A stretch of 64,000 nt of DNA from Candidatus Gorgyraea atricola (GCA_030765235.1 JAVCCW010000029.1:311666-375665), one strand, 5' to 3'. Shown: positions 29,294 through 39,557, counted from the first letter of the stretch. Notes: a model not told the origin generated them from the letters alone. A program made the numbers and translations.

Positions 29294-30468
29294 AATCTAT
29301 AACAGCACCGCAAGGATTTTTGGCAAGCGCAATAAGCTGCGGGATAAAGAGAAGCAAGAGAGATGATCTGGCTTTGCTTTATTCTGAAGTGCCATGTCTA
29401 TGCGCAGGCACTTTTACTACCAATAAGATGAAGTCTGGCTCTGTTATCCTTGCCGAAGACAGGGTAAAAAATGGCATTGCACAGGCAGTTATAGTAAATA
29501 GCGGCAATGCAAACTGCTGTGTTGGAAAAAAAGAATTAATGGATGCTAAAGACATGACTGGTGTGGCTGCAAAAAGTCTGGACTTAGACCCAGAGCATGT
29601 TTTAATCGCGTCAACTGGTATTATAGGCAGACCTTTGCCTATAAAAAAGATCAAGCCCAAGATAGGCGCTTTAGTAAAAGGGCTAAAGAGTTCAGGCGGT
29701 TCAAAGTTTGCTAAGGCGATCATGACTACAGATACTGTGCCAAAAGAGATCGTAACCCAGATAAAGATAGGCCCAGTAAAAGTAAGAATAGCTGGCGCGG
29801 CAAAAGGCGCTGGCATGATCTGTCCTAACATGGCAACCATGCTCGCGTTTTTTACTACAGACGCGGCAATTGAGAAGAGCGCGTTGAATCTGGCATTTAA
29901 GGAAGCTGTTGCTGATTCATTTAATAGGATCACTATTGATGGCGATATGTCTACGAATGACAGTGCTATAATATTTGCAAATGGGCTTGCAGGAAATAAG
30001 ACTATAAAGAAAGGCAGCGCCAGCTACTCTAAATTCCTTAATGCGTTAAAGAATGTCGCAACAGAACTTGCGAGAAAGATGATCCTTGATGGCGAGGGCG
30101 CTACGAAATTTGTAGAAATAATCATTAAAGGCGCGAAGACACAGAAAGACGCGGATACTATCGCAAGGCATGTCGCTGATTCGAGCCTCATAAAGACAAT
30201 GATCGCAGGCGGTGATCCAAATTGGGGAAGAATAGCCGCGAGCGCAGGCTCGGCAGGCATAAAGCTTAATAAAGATAGAGTTGATATATATATTGGAAAA
30301 AAATTAGCAATGAAAAATGGCGCAGCTACGAATGCATCGTTAAGCGCGCTTAAAGGCAAAGAGGTAAAGATAGTAATCGATCTAAAGTCTGGAAGGGCGT
30401 TTAGCAAGATCTGGACGTGTGACCTGACAGAGGAATACGTGAGGATCAACGCGGAGTATGAGACATGA
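29290..30468 (+). CDS. argJ: bifunctional glutamate N-acetyltransferase / amino-acid acetyltransferase
   Basis: ATMLAFFTTDA self-cleavage region; 392 aa. Confidence 0.9.
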   Translation: MKSITAPQGFLASAISCGIKRSKRDDLALLYSEVPCLCAGTFTTNKMKSGSVILAEDRVKNGIAQAVIVNSGNANCCVGKKELMDAKDMTGVAAKSLDLDPEHVLIASTGIIGRPLPIKKIKPKIGALVKGLKSSGGSKFAKAIMTTDTVPKEIVTQIKIGPVKVRIAGAAKGAGMICPNMATMLAFFTTDAAIEKSALNLAFKEAVADSFNRITIDGDMSTNDSAIIFANGLAGNKTIKKGSASYSKFLNALKNVATELARKMILDGEGATKFVEIIIKGAKTQKDADTIARHVADSSLIKTMIAGGDPNWGRIAASAGSAGIKLNKDRVDIYIGKKLAMKNGAATNASLSALKGKEVKIVIDLKSGRAFSKIWTCDLTEEYVRINAEYET

Positions 30469-31310
30469 TGGAAGAAGCGATTAGAAAATCAGCAGTTTTA
30501 ATAGAGGCGTTACCTTATATGAAGGCGTACGCTAGTAAGATATTTGTTATAAAGTACGGCGGCAGTGCGCTCATAGATCCTGAGATAAAAAGGCGCGTGC
30601 TTCAGGATATTGTGTTTATGAGCTATGTTGGGATCAGGCCTATTCTTGTACATGGCGGCGGACCTTTTATAAATGAGGAACTAAAAAAAACAGGAGGGAA
30701 GATAGAATTTAAAGACGGCCTCAGGGTCACGTCAAAAGAGACCATGGAAGTGGTCGATAGAGTCTTAACCGGGGTCAATCAAAGTATCGCGGACGATATT
30801 AAAAAGATAGGCGGCAGGGCTGTGAGTTTAAATAAAGTTGTAAGGGCCAAGCCGCATAAAGAGGCTAAGAAATTAGGTTTCGCGGGAGAGGTTGACACTA
30901 TAAAATCTGACGTGATCAGAAAAGCAGTAAGGCCAAGATCAGTGCCTATAATATCGTCAGTGGGTTTTGGCGCAGATAATAAATCGTATAATATAAATGC
31001 GGATGATGTGAGCTCAGAGGTAGCTGTTGCTGTTAAGGCAGTGAAGCTGGTATTATTGACAGATGTCAAAGGTATTATGAAGAAAAAGGAAGACGAGAAG
31101 ACACTGATCTCTGCTCTGACTATGGAAGAGACAGAAAGGCTCATAGATGAAAATGTTATCCAGGGCGGCATGATACCAAAGGTCAAGGCATGTACAAACG
31201 CTCTGGCAGGAGGCGTGTCAAAGACTCACATAATCGATGGCAGGCTCCCGCACAGTTTGCTGCTGGAGATTTTTACAGACAAAGGAATCGGAACGGAGAT
31301 AGTAAGATGA
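30465..31310 (+). CDS. argB: acetylglutamate kinase
   Basis: VIKYGGSAL, VHGGGP motifs. Confidence 0.9.
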   Translation: MMEEAIRKSAVLIEALPYMKAYASKIFVIKYGGSALIDPEIKRRVLQDIVFMSYVGIRPILVHGGGPFINEELKKTGGKIEFKDGLRVTSKETMEVVDRVLTGVNQSIADDIKKIGGRAVSLNKVVRAKPHKEAKKLGFAGEVDTIKSDVIRKAVRPRSVPIISSVGFGADNKSYNINADDVSSEVAVAVKAVKLVLLTDVKGIMKKKEDEKTLISALTMEETERLIDENVIQGGMIPKVKACTNALAGGVSKTHIIDGRLPHSLLLEIFTDKGIGTEIVR

Positions 31311-32482
31311 ATACACACGAGCTGATCGCGCAGTACGAGAAGTATGTAATGAAGACTTATACGAGGATCCCCTCTGTTATAGTTAAAGGTAAGGGGCTGA
31401 AGGTGTGGGATCTGGATGGTAATGAGTATCTGGATTTTTTTCCTGGCTGGGCTGTGAGCGGGTTAGGCCACTGTCATCCAGAGGTCGTGAATGCTATAAG
31501 GAATTATGTAAAAAAGATCATACATGTATCCAATAATTATTACAACATGCTCCAGGGAAAGCTGGCGCAGGAGATAATCGAGAATTCCTTTAAAGGTAAA
31601 GTATTTTTCTGCAATAGCGGCGCAGAGGCAAATGAGGGCGCGATAAAGCTGGTCAGGGCCTATGGTGTAGCAAATGGAAAATACGAGATCATCACGATGC
31701 AGAATTCTTTTCATGGGAGGACACTCGCGACCATAACAGCTACTGGACAGCCAAAATACAGCAAGGATTTCGTGCCATTACCAGTTGGTTTTAAGTCAGT
31801 GCCTTTTAATGATATAAAAGCGCTGGAGGCTGGCATAACAGATAAGACTATAGCTATAATGTTAGAGCCAATACAGGGTGAGGGCGGAATAAATGTTGCG
31901 CATGATGACTATATAAAGGAAGTAAGAGAACTTTGCGATAAAAAAGGTTTGATCCTGATATTTGATGAAGTGCAGACAGGCATGGGTAGGACCGGTAAGA
32001 TGTTTTGTTTTCAACATTATGGTGTAGAGCCTGATGTTATGACACTTGCCAAGTCTTTGGCTGGCGGGATCCCGATAGGCGCGCTTGTCGCGTCGAAAAA
32101 ATACGCGGATGTTTTAAAGCCTGGCATGCACGCGTCTACTTTTGGAGGAAGCCCTATTGCATGCAGCGCAGCGCTGGGTGTATTCGAGGCTATAAAAAGA
32201 GAAAAGCTTCTTAAGAATACACAGGAGATGGGAAAATATCTGGTTGAAAAATTGAATGAGCTCAAAAAGAAAAAATCTATTATAAAGGAGATCAGAGGTA
32301 AAGGCCTTATGATAGGCATGGAGCTTAAGATTGAAGGCGCGGCTATAGTGGAGGCGTGTTTTAAAGAGAAGCTGTTGATCAATTGCGCGCATGGCAATGT
32401 ATTAAGACTTATGCCTGGTATAATAGTAACCAAAAAGCAAATAGACAAGGCGATTGAAATTTTGGATAAGGTGATGATTTGA
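31307..32482 (+). CDS. argD: acetylornithine aminotransferase
   Basis: class-III aminotransferase (DEVQTGMGRTGK); start ATG 31307 overlaps argB stop as ATGA; upstream in-frame extension in ORF track rejected. Confidence 0.85.
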   Translation: MNTHELIAQYEKYVMKTYTRIPSVIVKGKGLKVWDLDGNEYLDFFPGWAVSGLGHCHPEVVNAIRNYVKKIIHVSNNYYNMLQGKLAQEIIENSFKGKVFFCNSGAEANEGAIKLVRAYGVANGKYEIITMQNSFHGRTLATITATGQPKYSKDFVPLPVGFKSVPFNDIKALEAGITDKTIAIMLEPIQGEGGINVAHDDYIKEVRELCDKKGLILIFDEVQTGMGRTGKMFCFQHYGVEPDVMTLAKSLAGGIPIGALVASKKYADVLKPGMHASTFGGSPIACSAALGVFEAIKREKLLKNTQEMGKYLVEKLNELKKKKSIIKEIRGKGLMIGMELKIEGAAIVEACFKEKLLINCAHGNVLRLMPGIIVTKKQIDKAIEILDKVMI

Positions 32483-32501
32483 ATAAAAAATGGAGTTATT
32501 T

Positions 32502-33380
32502 ATGAAAAAGGATCTTATAACAATTAAAGATTTATCAGCGCAGGAGATAGGCGAGCTCTTTGAACTCGCAGCTAAGTTCAAGGCCAAGAGAAAGACGCAT
32601 GAGACGCCGCTAAAGAATAAAACTCTGGGTCTAGTTTTTGAAAAGCCGTCGAATAGGACAAGGGTGTCTTTTGAGGTCGGCATGTTTGAGCTGGGCGGGA
32701 ATGCTATTTACTTAGGGGAGAGCGAGGTCAAGCTAGGCAAGAGGGAGTCTGCGAAGGACGCGGCAATGGTGCTCTCAAGATACCTTGACGCAATGGTCAT
32801 AAGGACGTTTTCTCATGATAGATTGCTTGAGATGGCAAAGAATTCTACGATACCTGTAATAAATGGACTGACAGACCTGCTTCACCCATGTCAGGCATTG
32901 AGTGATCTGTTTACAATAAAGGAAAAAAAGGGACTAAAGAATATTACTGTAGCTTTTGTTGGGGATGGCAACAATGTAGTGAATTCGCTCTTGAATGGGT
33001 GTGATAAGCTGGGTATTAAGATAAAAGTCGCGTGTCCAAAAGGCTATGAGCCAAAGGTCGATGCAGGCCAGCTTTTTAATTCGCCTCAAGAAGCAGTTAA
33101 GGATGCGGACATTATTTATACGGACGTGTGGACGAGCATGGGTAAGGAAAAAGAGCAAAAAGAAAGAGCAGAGATATTTAAGAAGTTTCAGATCAATTCT
33201 AAGCTGATGAAATCAGCAAAGAAAGACGCAATGGTAATGCATTGCCTGCCAGCGCACAGGGGCGAAGAGATCACAGACGAGGTAATAGACAGCCCACAAT
33301 CTATTGTAATTGACCAGGCAGAGAATAGGCTCCACGTGCAGAAGGCAATACTTGTGAAATTATTAGGAGATAAATCATGA
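32502..33380 (+). CDS. argF: ornithine carbamoyltransferase
   Basis: STRTRVSFE carbamoyl-phosphate motif, HCLP; ATG 32502 preferred (GGAG 8 nt upstream). Confidence 0.85.
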   Translation: MKKDLITIKDLSAQEIGELFELAAKFKAKRKTHETPLKNKTLGLVFEKPSNRTRVSFEVGMFELGGNAIYLGESEVKLGKRESAKDAAMVLSRYLDAMVIRTFSHDRLLEMAKNSTIPVINGLTDLLHPCQALSDLFTIKEKKGLKNITVAFVGDGNNVVNSLLNGCDKLGIKIKVACPKGYEPKVDAGQLFNSPQEAVKDADIIYTDVWTSMGKEKEQKERAEIFKKFQINSKLMKSAKKDAMVMHCLPAHRGEEITDEVIDSPQSIVIDQAENRLHVQKAILVKLLGDKS

Positions 33381-34555
33381 AGAATAAAAAGGTGGTTTTA
33401 GCGTATTCAGGCGGGTTAGATACTTCGGTGGCTGTGAGATGGCTTACAGATAAGGGCTATGATGTTGTTGCCTACATGGCTGATGTGGGCCAGGGCGGGA
33501 ATTTTCAGAAGCTCAAGAAAAGGGCCTTGTCTACAGGTGCCTCAAAGGTCGTGATCGAGGATCTCAAAGACGAATTTGCAAAAGACTTTGCCTTTCAGTC
33601 GTTAAAGGCAGGCGCAGTCTATGAATCAAAGTATCTATTGGCAACCGCGCTTTCAAGGCCGATCATCGCAAAGGGCCTGGTGCAGACCGCGAAAAAGGAA
33701 AAGGCTAGTTTTATCGCGCATGGCTGTACAGGAAAAGGCAATGACCAGGTAAGGTTCGAGGTCACTGCAATGGCGCTTGCGCCTGAGCTCGGCATACTGG
33801 CGCCGCTCAGGGAATGGAATATGTATTCCAGAGACGAAGAAATAGAGTATGCAAAGGAAAAAGGCATAGACATAGATGTTACGAAAAAAAGCCCTTATAG
33901 TTTAGATCAGAATATTTGGGGAATAAGCATTGAGTGTGGCGTGCTAGAAGATCCATGGAATGAGCCGCCAGAAGACGCGTATAAAATGAGTATTGATCCA
34001 AAAATGGCGCCAAATAAATCAACATATGTAGAGATCGAGTTTAAAAATGGCATACCAGTAAAGATCAATGGAAAAAAATACGCGGCAGTGGATCTGGTAA
34101 TGAAGCTCAATAAGATCGGCGGCAAAAATGGCATAGGCAGGACTGATCTTGTTGAGAATAGACTCGTTGGCATTAAATCAAGGGAGATATATGAGGCGCC
34201 AGGGGCGTGGATCTTACATAAGGCGCATAAGGATTTAGAGGCGCTTGTGCTCGACAGGGAGCTGTTGCATTTTAAGGAAGTTATTTCCTTAAAATACGCG
34301 GAGCTTATATATTACGGCTTATGGTTTACACCTTTAAAAAAGGCGCTGGACGGATTTATAAACCAGACGCAGAAGAATGTAACAGGCAGTGTGAAGATGA
34401 AGCTGTTAAAGGGTCTTGCGAGTGTAGTAGGGAGAAAATCAGCGCACTCACTTTATAAAAAAGAAATGGCAACATATGACCCAGGCGATAAGTTCGACAG
34501 GACCATTGCGGAAGGATTTATTAAAGTGTGGGGAATGCCGTATAAAAAGGTGTAA
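33377..34555 (+). CDS. argG: argininosuccinate synthase
   Basis: VVLAYSGGLDTSV PP-loop. Confidence 0.9.
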   Translation: MKNKKVVLAYSGGLDTSVAVRWLTDKGYDVVAYMADVGQGGNFQKLKKRALSTGASKVVIEDLKDEFAKDFAFQSLKAGAVYESKYLLATALSRPIIAKGLVQTAKKEKASFIAHGCTGKGNDQVRFEVTAMALAPELGILAPLREWNMYSRDEEIEYAKEKGIDIDVTKKSPYSLDQNIWGISIECGVLEDPWNEPPEDAYKMSIDPKMAPNKSTYVEIEFKNGIPVKINGKKYAAVDLVMKLNKIGGKNGIGRTDLVENRLVGIKSREIYEAPGAWILHKAHKDLEALVLDRELLHFKEVISLKYAELIYYGLWFTPLKKALDGFINQTQKNVTGSVKMKLLKGLASVVGRKSAHSLYKKEMATYDPGDKFDRTIAEGFIKVWGMPYKKV

Positions 34556-34617
34556 GGTGTCAAGTGTCAGGTGTCAGGGAAGGTGCCTTGACACCTGACA
34601 CCTTTAACCTGACACTA
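34548..34617. repeat. heptamer-repeat hairpin (GGTGTCA-type units x4 + GGG, then reverse-complement arm) between argG and argH
   Basis: aaggtgtaaggtgtcaagtgtcaggtgtcagggaaggtgccttgacacctgacacctttaacctgacact. Confidence 0.6.
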
Positions 34618-34632
34618 ACAAGGAGTCCAAAT

Positions 34633-35940
34633 ATGTCAAAGATGTGGGGTGGGAGATTTAACAAGAAAACAGATCCTTTGGTCGAGGAATTTACAAAGTC
34701 GATTCAGTTTGATAAAAAATTGGCTGAATATGATTGTGTGGGATCCCTTGCGCATATTGGAGTGCTTAAAAATGCGAAGCTCTTGACTGGTAAGGAGCAT
34801 AAAGAATTGCAGACGGGCCTGAATGCTATTTTGTCATCGATCAAAAAAGGCACCCTTAAGGTAGATGAGTCTTTCGAAGACATTCATAGCTATATGCAGC
34901 ATCTTCTGGAGAAAAAACTCGGCAAGGTAGCTTTGAAGCTGCATACCTGTAGATCCAGAAATGACCAGGTAGCGCTAGACACAAAACTTTATTGTTTAAA
35001 AAATATTTCGATTGCACTGGAGCTTGTTTCGCAGACAATAAAGAAATTGGCAAAGCTATCCAAGGACAATGCAAAGCAGATCATACCTGCTTATACGCAC
35101 CTGCAGCATGCTATGCCAGTGAGCTTATCTCATTATCTTGATGCATATATTCAGATGTTTTCAAGGGACGCCAAGAGATTAGGCGCTATCTTTGATGATA
35201 TGGAGCCGACCATGGGCGCTGGTGCTGTTGCTGGAACATGTATTGATTCATCAAAGTATAAGATTGATTCAAAACCTTGCAGTCCTGTTAATTCCATAGA
35301 CAGCGTGAGTGACAGGGATTTTGTTGTAGAGATATTGAGTGCCCTGGCAATATCAGGGATGCATCTATCAAGACTGGCAGAGGATCTGATCCTGTGGTCG
35401 ACAAAGGAGTTTGATTTTATTGACATAGATGACGCGTTTTGCACTGGAAGTTCTCTTATGCCGCAGAAGAAAAATCCTGATGTACTGGAGCTCATAAGAG
35501 GCAATGCAGGAAAATTGTATGGCAATTTGATGAGCGTATTAGTAATGATGAAGGGACTACCTTTATCATACAATAGAGACATGCAGCTTGATAAAGAGCC
35601 GCTTTTTAGTTCATTTGAGATCATTCAGGATGAGTTTAGTATTTTGGCAAAACTTTTGCCAAAAATAAAATTCAAGAAAGAAAATATCGCAGAGCAGCTC
35701 AAGGATGAAAGCCTGTACGCTACTGACATGGCTGATTATCTGGTGCAAAAAGGAGTTGCTTTTAAGGACGCGCATACTGTCATCGGCAAACTTGTTAAAA
35801 ATGGCAAAGAGATAAAAGAGATGAAAAACGAGGAACTTCAGAAATTTCATCCTTTGCTGACTCATAAGGCAGTAAAAAAGATCATAGATCCAAAGAGATC
35901 AGTAGCATCTAAAAAATCTATCAGAAGAAAGAAAAGGTAA
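34633..35940 (+). CDS. argH: argininosuccinate lyase
   Basis: MSKMWGGRFNKKTDPLVEEF start; fumarate-lyase signature GSSLMPQKKNPD; ORF-track start 34564 lies inside the repeat hairpin. Confidence 0.9.
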   Translation: MSKMWGGRFNKKTDPLVEEFTKSIQFDKKLAEYDCVGSLAHIGVLKNAKLLTGKEHKELQTGLNAILSSIKKGTLKVDESFEDIHSYMQHLLEKKLGKVALKLHTCRSRNDQVALDTKLYCLKNISIALELVSQTIKKLAKLSKDNAKQIIPAYTHLQHAMPVSLSHYLDAYIQMFSRDAKRLGAIFDDMEPTMGAGAVAGTCIDSSKYKIDSKPCSPVNSIDSVSDRDFVVEILSALAISGMHLSRLAEDLILWSTKEFDFIDIDDAFCTGSSLMPQKKNPDVLELIRGNAGKLYGNLMSVLVMMKGLPLSYNRDMQLDKEPLFSSFEIIQDEFSILAKLLPKIKFKKENIAEQLKDESLYATDMADYLVQKGVAFKDAHTVIGKLVKNGKEIKEMKNEELQKFHPLLTHKAVKKIIDPKRSVASKKSIRRKKR

Positions 35941-35943
35941 GCT

Positions 35944-37176
35944 ATGCATGACTTCAAATACAAACGTAATGAACTTTATTGTGAATCTGTGAGCATAGAA
36001 AAGCTTGCCAGAAGGTATGGCACGCCTCTATATGTTTACAGCAAAAAGACATTTCTGGATCATTACAGAAAATTACGGGATGCGTTTAGGAGAGTAAAAC
36101 CACTTATCTGTTATTCAGTAAAGGCGAATTCGAATCATTCAATATTAAAGACGCTTATTGCTTCAGGCGCGGGCCTGGATATAGTATCTGGCGGCGAGCT
36201 TTACAGGGCGCTTAAGGCAGGGGCTTCGCCAAGGAAGATCGTGTATGCAGGTGTTGGCAAAACAGAAAAAGAGATAGAGTTTGCCATCAAGAGCAATATC
36301 CTGCTTTTTAATGTTGAGTCTTTGCCTGAACTCGAGATGATCAATAAAGTTGCTGGTAGGTTGCGCAAGAAGCAAGCTGTTGCGATCCGCGTAAATCCGG
36401 ATGTAAAGGCGCGTACGCATAAATATATCACCACAGGACACAAACAGAATAAATTTGGCATTGATATTGAGGCTGCGAGAGGTATTTTCCTGTGTCATCG
36501 AGAATTTAGAAATCTGGATATTACGGGCGTGCATCTACATATTGGTTCGCAGATAGTTGACGCAAGGCCGTTTGTGAAAGCCATTGAGAAACTGGTAAGT
36601 TTTGTCCGGAACCTTGAAAAAGCTGGTATAAGGATAAAATGGTTTAATGTCGGCGGGGGCCTTGGAATAATCTATTCCGGCGAGAGGCCGCAGACTGCCC
36701 AGGAATACGCAAAGGCAGTTTTGCCGCTGCTCAAAAAGCTAAATGCCAGGATAATACTTGAGCCAGGCAGGTTTATCGCAGGGAACGCAGGCATACTCGC
36801 TGCAAAGACCATATATATAAAGGAGACACCCAGCAAAAATTTTGCCATAGTGGACAGCGCCATGAATGATCTGGTGAGGCCGAGCCTTTACCATGCCTAT
36901 CATGAGATATTGCCTGTTAGATCCAAATCCTACAAAGGTGATATACGCAGATACGATGTTGTAGGCCCTATTTGTGAAAGCGGAGACTTTCTGGGCAAAG
37001 ACAGGAAATTTATTGACTTAAAACAAGGGGATTTGCTGGCTATCATGAGCGCAGGCGCATATGGCTACAGCATGGCCAGCACCTATAATTCCAGGCCAAG
37101 GCCAGCAGAGGTCCTGGTAGACAGAACTCGCGCCAAACTAGTAACACAGCGCGAAACCTACAAAGATTTAAGATGA
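35944..37176 (+). CDS. lysA: diaminopimelate decarboxylase
   Basis: YSVKANSN PLP-lysine motif; Orn/DAP/Arg decarboxylase family 2. Confidence 0.9.
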   Translation: MHDFKYKRNELYCESVSIEKLARRYGTPLYVYSKKTFLDHYRKLRDAFRRVKPLICYSVKANSNHSILKTLIASGAGLDIVSGGELYRALKAGASPRKIVYAGVGKTEKEIEFAIKSNILLFNVESLPELEMINKVAGRLRKKQAVAIRVNPDVKARTHKYITTGHKQNKFGIDIEAARGIFLCHREFRNLDITGVHLHIGSQIVDARPFVKAIEKLVSFVRNLEKAGIRIKWFNVGGGLGIIYSGERPQTAQEYAKAVLPLLKKLNARIILEPGRFIAGNAGILAAKTIYIKETPSKNFAIVDSAMNDLVRPSLYHAYHEILPVRSKSYKGDIRRYDVVGPICESGDFLGKDRKFIDLKQGDLLAIMSAGAYGYSMASTYNSRPRPAEVLVDRTRAKLVTQRETYKDLR

Positions 37177-37964
37177 ATAAGCTAAAATTTACGAAAATGG
37201 TTGGGGCTGGGAATGATTTTGTCTTGATTGATATTAGGGACAAGAGACAAGGAACAAGGGACAAGGGCTGGTCTAGGGTTGCGCAGGATTTATGTCAGAG
37301 GAAGACTGGGGTTGGTGCGGATGGGTTGCTTGTACTGGAGAAGTCTAAAAGAGCAGATTTTAGGATGCGCATATTCAATGCTGATGGCAGTGAAGCAGAG
37401 ATGTGTGGCAATGGCCTAAGGTGCGCTGCACTATACGTAGGCAAAAAAGGCAAGGCAAAGGTTGAGACAAAAGCAGGTCTTTATGAAGCGACCATTACAG
37501 GTAAAAATAGAGTTAAGATAAAGATGGAAGAACCCAAGGATTTGAAATCAGGTTTTCCGATCAGAGTAAATGATAGGCGCATAAGAGTGAGTTATGTTGA
37601 TACTGGTGTGCCGCATACAGTGGTTTTTGTGCAGGGCATTGAAAAGATAGACGTTGATTCTATTGGCAGAAGTATAAGATATCATAAAGAATTCAAGCCG
37701 CGTGGCACAAATGTTGATTTTGTCGAAATTATAGACGATAAAAATATAAAGATGCGGACGTATGAGCGCGGAGTAGAAGGGGAGACGCTTGCCTGTGGCA
37801 CGGGAGCAGTGGCGGCGGCGATTATAAGTAGTGTCAGGTGTCAGGTGTCAGGTGTCAATGTGCACACAAAAGGTGGGATTTTAAAGGTTTATATTGGTCA
37901 TAAAGGAGTATATTTAGAAGGAGAAGCGCGAAAGGTTTACCAGGGAGAGGTGAATTATGTTTGA
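37173..37964 (+). CDS. dapF: diaminopimelate epimerase
   Basis: FTKMVGAGNDFVLID, two catalytic Cys (MCGNGLRC, LACGTGAVAAA); carries two in-frame heptamer-repeat inserts. Confidence 0.85.
   Translation: MNKLKFTKMVGAGNDFVLIDIRDKRQGTRDKGWSRVAQDLCQRKTGVGADGLLVLEKSKRADFRMRIFNADGSEAEMCGNGLRCAALYVGKKGKAKVETKAGLYEATITGKNRVKIKMEEPKDLKSGFPIRVNDRRIRVSYVDTGVPHTVVFVQGIEKIDVDSIGRSIRYHKEFKPRGTNVDFVEIIDDKNIKMRTYERGVEGETLACGTGAVAAAIISSVRCQVSGVNVHTKGGILKVYIGHKGVYLEGEARKVYQGEVNYV
37247..37278 (+). repeat. in-frame heptamer repeat (GGGACAA/GAGACAA/GGAACAA)x4 + GGGC inside dapF (encodes RDKRQGTRDKG)
   Basis: gggacaagagacaaggaacaagggacaagggc. Confidence 0.65.
37830..37858 (+). repeat. in-frame heptamer repeat (GGTGTCA)x4 inside dapF (encodes VRCQVSGVN)
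   Basis: agtgtcaggtgtcaggtgtcaggtgtcaa. Confidence 0.65.
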
Positions 37965-38832
37965 AGGTTCAATGACGGCATTGATAACACCGTTTAAAAA
38001 AGGTAAAGTGGATGAAAAAAAGCTCGCGGAGCTTGTGGAATTCCAGATAAAGAATGGCACGAGCGCTATAGTACCGTGCGGTACAACAGGCGAATCAACA
38101 ACGCTTTCTTATGAAGAGCACGAGCATGTTATAGAAGTCGTGGTAGAGGCCGCGAATAAAAAAGTACCTGTTATTGCTGGTACTGGCGCTAACAATACTA
38201 GCGAGGCCCTTGTGCTGACCAAATACGCGAAAGAGGTCGGTGCTGAGGCGTCGCTGCAGATCACGCCTTATTACAACAAGCCCACGCAGGAAGGCATCTA
38301 CCGGCATTTCAAGAAAATCGCTGAAGAGTGCAAGATACCTCTTATTGTCTATAACATCATGTCTCGTACGGGCGTGAATATAACTCCAGAGACAATGCAG
38401 CGCTTGAGCAAAGTAAAGAATATAGTGGGCGTAAAAGAGGCAAGCGGGAACCTGGAGCAGATGGCGCAGATACATGCTTTATGCGGAGATGAGTTTGATC
38501 TGATTTCAGGAGATGATGTCCTGACTCTGCCTCTTTTAGCAATAGGCGGCACAGGTGTTATTTCAGTGGTAAGCAATATTGCGCCAAAAGATGTATCAGA
38601 TATGGTCTCTAAGTTTAGAAAAGGAGACATTGCTGGAGCAAGAAAGCTGCACTACAAGCTTTTACCTTTAGTAAAGGCAATGTTTATAGAGACAAATCCG
38701 ATCCCAGTAAAAACTGCTATGGCCCTTATGGGCATGATAGATGAGCCAGGTTTGCGTCTTCCGATGTGTGACATCTCTGAAGAGAATCTGGTAAAACTTA
38801 AAAAGGCATTAAAGGATTACGGGCTTTTGTAA
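37957..38832 (+). CDS. dapA: 4-hydroxy-tetrahydrodipicolinate synthase
   Basis: ALITPF, VPCGTTGE; Schiff-base lysine region GVKEASG. Confidence 0.9.
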   Translation: MFEGSMTALITPFKKGKVDEKKLAELVEFQIKNGTSAIVPCGTTGESTTLSYEEHEHVIEVVVEAANKKVPVIAGTGANNTSEALVLTKYAKEVGAEASLQITPYYNKPTQEGIYRHFKKIAEECKIPLIVYNIMSRTGVNITPETMQRLSKVKNIVGVKEASGNLEQMAQIHALCGDEFDLISGDDVLTLPLLAIGGTGVISVVSNIAPKDVSDMVSKFRKGDIAGARKLHYKLLPLVKAMFIETNPIPVKTAMALMGMIDEPGLRLPMCDISEENLVKLKKALKDYGLL

Positions 38833-38840
38833 GGAGTAAC

Positions 38841-39545
38841 ATGGTAAAACTTGTTATAAGCGGAATTGCAGGAAGAATGGGAAAGCGTATTGCTTTCTTG
38901 GCTTCAAAGGATAAGGAAATTGAAATTACAGGCGGCATAGAATCAGCTGATAATCCTGCTGTTGGACAGGGCGGAGTCGCGTCTGACTTTGCAAAGATAG
39001 CCAGCGCGTGCAGCGTATTGATTGAATTTACTTTTCCAGACGTGACAATGAAACATCTGGAGATCGCTCGCAAGAATAAAGTCGGGATGGTAATAGGTAC
39101 AACAGCTTTATCTAAGGAGCAGATAAGCCAGATAAAAAAGGCGTCCAAGGAAATCCCGATTGTATTTTCTCCTAATATGAGCGTTGGCGCAAATCTATTG
39201 TTCAAGCTTACAGAGATCGCATCAAAGGCGCTTGATGCGAGTTATAAAATTGAAATAGTAGAGGCGCACCATGCCAAGAAAAAGGACGCGCCAAGCGGTA
39301 CTGCCGCTAATATTTCTCTGGTAGTCTCAAAGGTTCGTGGCGAAACACCGCCCATAGAGTCTATAAGAGAAGGCGACATAGTAGGCGATCATAGCGTTAT
39401 GTTCACAGGACAAAACGAAAAAATAGAACTTAAACACAGCGCTTTTTCCAGAGACGTATTTGCTCAGGGCGCGCTTGACGCAGCAAAGTTTATCGCAGCT
39501 AAAAAATCAGGACTTTACACCATGCAGGATGTAATCACGACTTAG
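38841..39545 (+). CDS. dapB: 4-hydroxy-tetrahydrodipicolinate reductase
   Basis: ISGIAGRMGKRI N-terminal NAD(P) site; EIVEAHHAKKKDAPSGTA motif. Confidence 0.8.
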   Translation: MVKLVISGIAGRMGKRIAFLASKDKEIEITGGIESADNPAVGQGGVASDFAKIASACSVLIEFTFPDVTMKHLEIARKNKVGMVIGTTALSKEQISQIKKASKEIPIVFSPNMSVGANLLFKLTEIASKALDASYKIEIVEAHHAKKKDAPSGTAANISLVVSKVRGETPPIESIREGDIVGDHSVMFTGQNEKIELKHSAFSRDVFAQGALDAAKFIAAKKSGLYTMQDVITT

Positions 39546-39557
39546 AAAGGGTAGGAT

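Noticed and set aside
31190-31306. N-terminal extension of argD proposed by the ORF track
   Set aside because: Extension overlaps argB in another frame and encodes an Arg-rich low-complexity peptide; ATG 31307 gives the canonical ArgD N-terminus.
37228-37419. + strand 63-aa ORF overlapping dapF
   Set aside because: Out-of-frame overlap with dapF; created by the GACAAG repeat region; Gly/Arg-rich low-complexity translation.
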